NCBI GenBank assembly: GCA_964384995.1
Contig: CAYLMJ010000003.1
Location: forward strand, 25,007 to 89,006
Direction: 5' to 3'
Source: an uncultured archaeon
Lineage (GTDB): Archaea > Thermoplasmatota > Poseidoniia > MGIII > CAYLMJ01
Length of the DNA: 64,000 bases
The notes under the pieces are model-generated. The model saw nothing but the letters and a program-made list of their open reading frames with translations, did no database searches and was not told the DNA's origin. Shown here one piece after another: positions 11,550 through 22,223 of the stretch. The translations under genes were made by a program, and so were the position numbers. The stretch's first letter is position 1. Every line of letters starts with the position of its first letter.

Positions 11550-11577
11550 TTTTCACGCCCGCTTCGGCGTGAAAAGT
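11550..11577 (+). terminator. T-rich hairpin immediately 3' of tRNA-Leu (TTTTCACGCC cgcttc GGCGTGAAAA)
   Basis: Perfect 10-bp inverted repeat with a T-rich 5' flank directly after the tRNA. Confidence 0.3.
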
Positions 11578-11802
11578 GTCGGTGCCTGTGAAATTGATAG
11601 GGATTTCCCAGGCCCCCACACCCTCCGGGCGTCCGGGGTGCGACGTGAAATGTGGAAAGAACGATATTTCCAATCCTGCAGTGGGTCCATGACGTAAGTT
11701 TAATATGCAAAGCCGTCAAAGTTTTCTTGGTGAAACGTCCCATGGAACCTGCCGATCTCAGACCAGATATCGGACCTGGAGATGCCTGGGATGGGTACAC
11801 GT

Positions 11803-11990
11803 AACTCGGAGCCAACTCGGAGCCAACTCGAAGCTACCTCGAAGCTACCTCGAAGCTTCTACGAAGGAACACCGAAGCTACAACGAACCTATACCGAAGG
11901 AACACCGAAGCCACAGTATAGGGCGAGTATAGGCTGAGTATTAGACGAGTATAGGATGAGTATTGGACGAGTATGGGGGAAGTATGGGAA
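11803..11990. repeat. Composite short-period tandem repeat tract upstream of the ELWxxDGT protein gene
   Basis: The tract contains aactcggagcc x2, then aactcgaagct, acctcgaagct x2, cgaaggaacaccgaagc x2, and about six 10-11 bp units of the form gagtatRGGNY. Confidence 0.6.
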
Positions 11991-12092
11991 CCCCTCCCTC
12001 CCAGTATAGGTATGTATTGTGTCCCCAACAGCTATATCAAACCTGCAAATTGCCAGGAGCGTCAGCTGTCTTTGCAATACCGGGTGTACAAC

Positions 12093-15000
12093 ATGAGCTA
12101 TCACCAATATCCTTCGCGTCTGTTCCTGGCCTTCCTCCTCATCCTGGTGGCGATCGTGACCGCCAGCCTTCTGCTTGCCGGCCCCTTCTCCAGCGATGCG
12201 GCGGCCGCCACCTCCTACGAGGCGGAGCTGGTCAGGGACATCAACACCCACAACGTTGGTTCGTCTCCCAACGACATCATCGTCTTCAATTCCACCATGT
12301 ACTTTGAGGCCAGCAACGGCATCCTGGGCTACGAGCTGTGGAAGAGCGACGGGACCGAGGCCGGCACTGAGCTGGTCAAGGATATCAATCCCGGATTGGA
12401 AAAATCCCAACCAAGTAGCCTGACCGTCGCGGGAGACCATTTCTTTTTCATAGCCGACGACGGCACCACCGGCAAGGAGCTGTGGAAGAGCGACGGCACC
12501 GAAGGGGGCACGGTGTTGGTCAAGGACATACGGCCAGGCCCTTCCAGAAGCGACATCAAGTATCTCACGGCCGTCGGTCCCAGGGTCTTCTTCCAGGCCT
12601 ACAACGCGACCTACGGCCACGAACTGTGGGTGTCCGATGGCACCACCGCCGGAACGAAGATGGTGAAGGACATCAGATCTGGGAGCCTATCCGCAAACAT
12701 CCTCTCCCTGGCACCCTTCAACTCGGAGCTCTACTTCGCTGCCAGTGACGGGTCGAATGGTACCGAACTGTGGAGATCGGATGGTACCGCCGAGGGGACA
12801 GTGATGGTGAAGGACCTCAATCCGGGCGTCGGCGGCTCCTCGCCCGCCCACCTGGTGGAGTTCGATTCGAAGCTCTTCTTTCAGGCCGATGATGGGACCG
12901 GAGGCCCCGAACTGTGGTGGACCAACGGCACCACCGAAGGGACCGAGCTCTTCCTCGAGATATACCCCGGCGCCAATGGCTCATCCCCGGAACACCTGAC
13001 CGTCATCGGCTCTCACCTCTACTTCGCGGCCGATGATGGGACCAACGGCAACGAGCTCTGGAGGTCCAACGGCACCGCGGGCGGTACTTCCATGATCAAG
13101 GACCTGAGACCCGGTTCGGAAGGTAGCGCGCCCTCCCAGTTCGCGGGCAATGACTCGATGGTCTTCTTCGAAGCCTACGATGACGATCACAGCTACGAAC
13201 TGTGGATAACCGATGGCACCGGGGCGGGCACCGGGCTGGTCAAGGACCTCAATCCGGGCACCAATGGCTCCTATCCCGACAGCCTGGTGTTCTTCGACTC
13301 TCACCTCTTCTTCAGTGCCAATGACGGTACAAACCACAAGGAGCTGTGGAAGAGCAACGGCACCGAAGCTGGCACAATGCTGGTCAAGGACATCTATCAT
13401 GGCAGTCGGGGCTCGAGCCCCGACGATATCATCATCCTGGACCAACAGCTCTTCTTCGCGGCCCGGAACATGGAGCAGGGCACAGAGCTGTGGAAGAGCG
13501 ATGGGACCGAAGGTGGGACGGTCTTGGTCAAGGACATCAATCTGGTCACAGGTGACGGACCCGATACGAGCGAATGGGCAATTGTCGATTCGACCATGTT
13601 CTTCAGGGCCGACAACGGTGTCAACGGCACCGAACTGTGGAAGAGTGACGGAACCGAGGCTGGCACGGTCATGGTCAAGGACATCAGACCAGGCGAGGAG
13701 AGAGGCCTCGTCAGTGACCTTGTGGCCATGGGCTCTGCGGTCTACTTCACCGCCGATGACGGGGTTCACGGCAGTGAACTGTGGAAGAGTGACGGAACCG
13801 AGGCTGGCACGGTCATGATCAAGGATATCAATCTGGGTTCAGTGGGGTCCTCTTCGATGATCAAGACGGTCGTGGGCTCGGAGATCTTTTTCAGATGCTA
13901 CACCGAGGAGACGGGAAGCGAACTGTGCAAGACCGATGGCACCGAGAACGGCACGGTCTTGGTCAAGGATATTTACGCTGGGGAGGATAGCTCCCAGCTC
14001 GGCACGTTCACCGTGATGGGTTCTCACCTCTACTTCTCCGCTGTCGATGATACCCACGGCACGGCGCTGTGGAAGAGTGACGGGACCGAGAACGGCACGG
14101 TCATGGTCAAGGATATCGAGGTTGGGCCCGCCGGTTTGGTGGTAAACGATTCCAAATTCTATTTCAAGGCCGAGGACAAAGCGGGCACCTATGGCGACGA
14201 GCTATGGGTGACCAACGGGACCGAGGAGGGCACCATGATGGTGAAGGACCTCGAGCCCGGTTCCCAAGGCTCCAGTGTTCGCAATTTCATAGCAATGGGG
14301 TCGATCCTCTACTTCCAGGCCGACAACGAGACCTACGGATGGGAGCTGTGGCGCAGCAACGGAACGGCCGAGGGGACCTACATGCTCAAGGACATCAATC
14401 CCGGTGTGAACAACTCCCAGGTCCAGGATTTCTTTGTCCATGATTCGGTCCTTTACTTCAACGCCAATGACGGTACCCACGGTTTCGAGATGTGGACGAG
14501 TGACGGCACCCCTGCCGGCACGAAGCTGTTCAAGGACTTGAATCCCGAGGCCTATGGTTGGCCTTCATCTTGGTTCGAGTTCGACGGCAAACTGTTCTTC
14601 CGGGCCTCCGATAAGGCCCACGGCACTGAGCTGTGGATGACCGACGGGACCGTGGAGGGCACGGTACTGGCGGCTGACCTCTGGCCAGGGGAGGGAACGC
14701 CTTACTTCAACAACCCCATGGTCGTCGATGATGAGCTATACTTCACCATTGACTTCGAACAATATGGCCGCGAGCTGGCTAAGCTGGTAAGAACCTCCAG
14801 CCCCCCTGTGGCCGACCCAGGCGGACCCTACACCATCGACGAGGGCGACCAACTGGAGCTTGACGGCTCGGGCTCCGCCGCCATCGATGGCAGTCTGGCG
14901 AGCTGGCACTGGGACCTGGACGATGATGGTGAGTACGATGACGCCACCGGCGAATCGCCCGTCGTGTCGTGGGCCTCCCTGGTCTCCCTGGGCCTGGACG

Positions 15001-15704
15001 ATGATGGCGGATACACCGTGGGTCTGAAGGTCACCGATGACAACGGGACCACGGCCGTCAACACCACGACCCTGACCATCGACAACCTCGCTCCAACAAT
15101 CACCACGGCCCATGACCTTTCGGCCAGCATCGATGCCCTCTATCAGGTGGATTACGAGGCCACAGACCCCAACGCCCTGGATGCGCTGGTCTGGAACCTG
15201 ACCACCGACGCCGGCTGGCTCTCGTTCAACGCCTCCACGGCCGTGCTCAAGGGCACCCCGGGAGCGGCCGACATGGGCACCTACTGGGTTAACATCATCG
15301 TGAGGGACGGTTACGGCGGCCAGGATGGGGACAACTTCACCTTGACCGTTCAGCCTCCAGGGATCAACTACTCCAGGGGCGGCGCCATCGTGACCTTGAC
15401 CCTCCATGAGTCCAACGAGACCACGGGTACCGTGAAGGTTTCTTTCGGTGAGGTCGAGAACCTTGTGCTTCAGGCGAACCAGACCGTCGAGGTCGATATC
15501 GATGGCGATGGCAGGGCCGACACAAGGGTCACCCTCACCGGCTTCGATGTCGATGGTCGGCCGCTGATATCCTTCATGGTCATTCAGGGAGAGGGCCCTG
15601 CACTGCCCGAGGTGGAAGAGGATGAGCCTGCCGTGGGGATGATGGTGGCCATGGTGGCCATCGGAATGGTGGCCTTGATACGTCGGGCAAGGGATCGCCG
15701 ATAA
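12093..15704 (+). CDS. Giant secreted/anchored protein with about 18 tandem ELWxxDGT-type repeats of about 48 aa, then PKD-like and Ig-like domains and a C-terminal TM anchor with an RR tail
   Basis: Signal-peptide-like MSYHQYPSRLFLAFLLILVAIVTASLLLA. The repeat consensus is GxELWKSDGTEAGTxLVKDIxPGxxxSxP. The C-terminus is ...MMVAMVAIGMVALIRRARDRR. The ATG at 12093 is preferred over the track start at 11973, which lies inside the repeat tract. Confidence 0.75.
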   Translation: MSYHQYPSRLFLAFLLILVAIVTASLLLAGPFSSDAAAATSYEAELVRDINTHNVGSSPNDIIVFNSTMYFEASNGILGYELWKSDGTEAGTELVKDINPGLEKSQPSSLTVAGDHFFFIADDGTTGKELWKSDGTEGGTVLVKDIRPGPSRSDIKYLTAVGPRVFFQAYNATYGHELWVSDGTTAGTKMVKDIRSGSLSANILSLAPFNSELYFAASDGSNGTELWRSDGTAEGTVMVKDLNPGVGGSSPAHLVEFDSKLFFQADDGTGGPELWWTNGTTEGTELFLEIYPGANGSSPEHLTVIGSHLYFAADDGTNGNELWRSNGTAGGTSMIKDLRPGSEGSAPSQFAGNDSMVFFEAYDDDHSYELWITDGTGAGTGLVKDLNPGTNGSYPDSLVFFDSHLFFSANDGTNHKELWKSNGTEAGTMLVKDIYHGSRGSSPDDIIILDQQLFFAARNMEQGTELWKSDGTEGGTVLVKDINLVTGDGPDTSEWAIVDSTMFFRADNGVNGTELWKSDGTEAGTVMVKDIRPGEERGLVSDLVAMGSAVYFTADDGVHGSELWKSDGTEAGTVMIKDINLGSVGSSSMIKTVVGSEIFFRCYTEETGSELCKTDGTENGTVLVKDIYAGEDSSQLGTFTVMGSHLYFSAVDDTHGTALWKSDGTENGTVMVKDIEVGPAGLVVNDSKFYFKAEDKAGTYGDELWVTNGTEEGTMMVKDLEPGSQGSSVRNFIAMGSILYFQADNETYGWELWRSNGTAEGTYMLKDINPGVNNSQVQDFFVHDSVLYFNANDGTHGFEMWTSDGTPAGTKLFKDLNPEAYGWPSSWFEFDGKLFFRASDKAHGTELWMTDGTVEGTVLAADLWPGEGTPYFNNPMVVDDELYFTIDFEQYGRELAKLVRTSSPPVADPGGPYTIDEGDQLELDGSGSAAIDGSLASWHWDLDDDGEYDDATGESPVVSWASLVSLGLDDDGGYTVGLKVTDDNGTTAVNTTTLTIDNLAPTITTAHDLSASIDALYQVDYEATDPNALDALVWNLTTDAGWLSFNASTAVLKGTPGAADMGTYWVNIIVRDGYGGQDGDNFTLTVQPPGINYSRGGAIVTLTLHESNETTGTVKVSFGEVENLVLQANQTVEVDIDGDGRADTRVTLTGFDVDGRPLISFMVIQGEGPALPEVEEDEPAVGMMVAMVAIGMVALIRRARDRR

Positions 15705-15989
15705 GCTTGAGCCTTGGCTTGCCTTTGAACATACCACAGCTCAAATAGTATAGCGTCCTGAATGTACCGGGCCTGTCAACCGCTGGTTTTCCACAGTTTT
15801 TATGAAACACACGTTGGCAGGTCCCACCTGCAAGGAACGATGGTCTGGACTGCCCTGTGCAATATCTTCTTAATGCTGGATGGTGGGCTCGATCTGCCTC
15901 AGGCTACGAAGCAGTTGAATGAACTGAGCGAGAAAGGCGCTGGCTAACGCTGGGGCGGCGCGTTGGATAGGCAGTTCAGGAGAAGTTGA

Positions 15990-16130
15990 CTATCCGCCGA
16001 TCTTGTACATGCCGGTGCCGCACTTGGGGCACTTGCCTTTCTTGGCTTTGCGGCCGTTCTTCATCGTGACGTCTTGTGCGTCGGCCATCTCTTGCTTGGC
16101 CTTGCATTTTACACAGTAGGCTTCGACCAT
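15990..16130 (-). CDS. Small zinc-ribbon protein of 46 aa
   Basis: Reverse-strand ORF MVEAYCVKCKAKQEMADAQDVTMKNGRKAKKGKCPKCGTGMYKIGG, with a CxxC...CxxC motif and a Lys-rich centre. It is in a different frame from the listed 71-aa ORF 15976..16191, which looks spurious. Confidence 0.5.
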   Translation of the reverse strand: MVEAYCVKCKAKQEMADAQDVTMKNGRKAKKGKCPKCGTGMYKIGG

Positions 16131-16394
16131 GGGGTAAACCTCGTCGAGCCACCTTATCGTCGGTATTAAAGCGCCACGACCTGATGCTCAAGAGTGATAA
16201 GGATAGGTGATGGGGCAGAAATGGGAAATTTTAGTGATAACTGGCTTTATTGAGATTGCAGTTCGAGTATTGATGGAATGGTAGGTGTTGGATTTCAAAC
16301 CCACATCAATCCCATTCGAATACTAATTGACCTCCCGAGCGAAGCGAGGGGGGTCGAGAGTTTTTGAAGCTATATTTTTTCCAAAAAGATAGAG

Positions 16395-16469
16395 TAGCGG
16401 GGGGTGGATTTGAACCACCGATCTCCGGGTTATGAGCCCGACGGGATGTCCTAGCTACCCCACCCCGCT
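16395..16469 (-). tRNA. Initiator tRNA-Met (anticodon CAT), archaeal type
   Basis: Reverse complement reads AGCGGGG-TG-...-TCGGG-CTCATAA-CCCGG-...-GGTGG-TTCAAAT-CCACC-CCCCGCT-A. It has an A1:U72 pair and three consecutive G:C pairs at the base of the anticodon stem. A TTTTTATGG-like box lies about 35-40 nt upstream on the coding strand. Confidence 0.85.
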
Positions 16470-16638
16470 ACGTGGTCTGGGGTCGTGTGCAAAGCCGCGG
16501 CCATAAAAAGCCTTGCGGCCCCTCTCGTCGGGAACCCATTTTGCGGGCGCATCATATCGTTCAGCCCAGCGGGTGGCCACCGTGCATTTAGGAGGCGGGC
16601 CTTCGGGCCATCTTCGACCTACATCTGTTAGGCTCGGC

Positions 16639-20075
<3,437 letters not shown>

Positions 20076-20079
<4 letters not shown>

Positions 20080-21347
20080 GGGTCTCCCTTGCCCCCTCCC
20101 GTTAGTTTCAGGAACTCGTCGAAGAGATGGTTGGTGTCCCAGGGTCCCGGATGGGCCTCGGGATGGAACTGCACCGACTCCACCGTCAGCTCGGCATGGG
20201 TCAGCCCCTCGTTGGTGTTGTCGTTGAGATTGATGCGGGTGGCCCGAAGCTCATCGGGCAGCTCGGCCACGGCATAGCCATGGTTCTGGGAGGTGATGTA
20301 ACAGCGTCCGGTGTCCAGCTCCTTCACCGGCTGGTTGCCCCCCCGGTGTCCGAACTTGAGCTTGGCCGTCGTGGCCCCGAAGGCCAGACCCAGCAGTTGA
20401 TGGCCCAGGCAGATGCCGGCGATGGGGAGCCCGTCATCGGCGGCTCGCCGCATCAGCTCGCCCAGCGGCTTCAGATCACCATGGTCGGGGTCGCCGGGAC
20501 CATTGGAGACAAAGAGCATATCGGGCTGGGCCGACCGCACCTGGTCGTAGCCGGCGTTCCAGGGCAGGCGCAGCAGACTGGCCCGATCCTGCCACTCCCG
20601 CAGGATGTTGGCCTTGACCCCGGTATCGATGAGGACGATGAGAGGACCGGGGGTGTCGGGCCGACCCGCCGCCACGTCCCATGTCTTGGGGTCCAGACCG
20701 GTGTTGGTCGTGCCGGAGATGCCGCTGTCTATCTTCTGCCCGCCTGCGCCCCGGGGATAGAGCAAAGCCTCCTGACACGAGACCTCGGCCACCAGGTTGG
20801 AGTCGCTGGGCCAGGCCATGGAGGCCGCCTGCTCCAGCAATTCGTCGGGGTCCAGGTCATCGCCCACCCCCACCAGACAGCGCAGGGTCCCCCGCTCCCG
20901 GATGGAGACGGTTAAGGCCCGGGTGTCCAGGCCGGTGATGCCCGGCCGCCCCTGGACCTCCAGGAAGTCGTGGAAGGTGCCCACGCTCAGTCGATGGTTG
21001 GGTTTGCGGCACCATGAACGGACGATGACCGCCTCGGGCCAGACCCGCTCGGACTCGGCCGCGGCGGGGGCCACGCCGTAGTTGCCGATGAGGGGGAAGG
21101 TGAACATCAGCACCTGACCGGCGTAGGATGGGTCGGTGCATGACTCCTGGTAGCCGGTCATTCCAGTGGCGAAGACCAGCTCGCCCCGGCCGATGCCGGC
21201 GGCACCGAACCCCTCTCCATGGAACAGCCGACCATCCTCCAGGGCCAGGCAGGCCTTCTGTCCCAGACCCGAAGTGACCTTGGTTTCGGATCCCCCAGAA
21301 CCTCCCCGGACTCTCCCGGTTCCGGTCCGTTGGGTCATCCTTCCCAC
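20076..21347 (-). CDS. carA: Carbamoyl-phosphate synthase small subunit (glutamine amidotransferase)
   Basis: GATase motif GICLGHQLLGLAFGATT...H. The gene overlaps carB by 4 nt, suggesting an operon; the N-terminal start is uncertain. Confidence 0.85.
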
Positions 21348-21512
21348 CTCCGAAAATCGACGACCAGCTCTGACCAGGGGGCCTCAGCCGGCCCGGTGGA
21401 GCAGGTGGGTTCTGGCACTCGCACTCGATATCGACCTGCCGCCCATAAGCGGGTGTTCTATAAGGGTTGCGCAGGCCAAAATCTGCCTTGATAGAGACGC
21501 GGACCAGACCAT

Positions 21513-21558
21513 GGGGACAGGGGATAATAGAGGGGATTCCCGAGGCTGATTTTAATAG
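21513..21558 (+). promoter_or_regulatory. Shared promoter element copy 1: ggggacaggggataatagaGGGGATTCCC, then 9 nt, then TTTAATAG, upstream of the pilin-like gene
   Basis: Same architecture as the copies at 22153, 25561 and 32139: a G-rich palindrome of GGGGAyTCCC type with a TATA-like box 8-9 nt downstream. Confidence 0.5.
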
Positions 21559-21588
21559 TATCAGACGCAACCGATATATGGTGTAAAG

Positions 21589-22095
21589 ATGACCGAACTG
21601 GATTTGAAGAAGGATAGCAACGCAAGATCGGCAGTGATCGCCGTCGTCGCAATGATGCTCATCGCCTTGAGCCTTGCAGGCCTGTTGTATACTTGGAGCT
21701 CAAGCTTTCTGGAACAGGGTGAGGCGGCGCCCATAATCCAAATGGACTGCTCCAAGGACGCCAATGGCAACTACCGTTGCGTGGTCATCAAGGTCAGCAA
21801 GAGCTACTCCATGAAGGGAGGCACCTACTCTTTCTTCCTGAAGGATGAGACCGGTCTATCGAAGATGTTTGGACCATTGTACGAGATATACTGTTTTCGT
21901 TATGGCGACGGCAAGGGCGTGGTGTATGCCGATTACAACCTCGACACCCGCCTGAACGCAGGGGATGTATTCTACATATATCCCGATGAACCCGGCTCGC
22001 CCTTGGAAGGTATCGTTGACATGGATGATTACAAGCTGGAGATCAAATACAACATCACCGACAGCACCGTCGGCAGTTTCAAGCTAGGTGGTTAG
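21589..22095 (+). CDS. Pilin-like secreted protein with a class-III (type IV prepilin-like) signal-peptide-like N-terminus (A1)
   Basis: N-terminus MTELDLKKDSNARSAVIAVVAMMLIALSLAGLLYTW: charged, then a hydrophobic helix. The C-terminal domain ...CVVIKVSKSY...YSFFLKDETGLS...YKLEIKYNITDSTVGSFKLGG is paralogous to the C-terminus of ORF 32231..34009. Confidence 0.55.
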   Translation: MTELDLKKDSNARSAVIAVVAMMLIALSLAGLLYTWSSSFLEQGEAAPIIQMDCSKDANGNYRCVVIKVSKSYSMKGGTYSFFLKDETGLSKMFGPLYEIYCFRYGDGKGVVYADYNLDTRLNAGDVFYIYPDEPGSPLEGIVDMDDYKLEIKYNITDSTVGSFKLGG

Positions 22096-22152
22096 TTCAA
22101 CCCAGTCGAGAGCCCCCAGAAGTTGAACAAACGCCACCCAAAAGAGGGGAAT

Positions 22153-22192
22153 AGGGGAGTTTTTGGGGACTTCCCACAGAGGTAATATATAG
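22153..22192 (+). promoter_or_regulatory. Shared promoter element copy 2: AGGGGAGTTTTTGGGGACTTCCC, then 8 nt, then AATATATAG
   Basis: Sits 30-70 nt upstream of the ATG at 22224. Confidence 0.55.
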
Positions 22193-22223
22193 AAAAGCTG
22201 CCAAAGTATAATTGGTTGATCAA

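Noticed and set aside
11803-11990. Possible CRISPR array
   Set aside because: Repeat period is only 10-11 bp with several different unit types and no unique spacer-length segments, and there are no cas genes. It is a microsatellite-like tract, not CRISPR.
15976-16191. 71-aa Arg-rich ORF listed on the minus strand
   Set aside because: A different frame over the same DNA encodes a compact CxxC...CxxC zinc-ribbon protein with a proper ATG and stop; the 71-aa frame is Arg/Gln-rich nonsense.
11466-16469. Region between tRNA-Leu and tRNA-iMet as an integrated mobile element
   Set aside because: No integrase gene and no duplicated tRNA 3'-end (att) repeat were found by eye. Only the repeats and orphan ORF are suggestive, so it is kept as a low-interest observation rather than a mobile_element feature.
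22165-22175. GGGGACTTCCC resemblance to a eukaryotic NF-kB site
   Set aside because: Coincidental; the relevant interpretation is a palindromic archaeal transcription-factor site next to the BRE/TATA.
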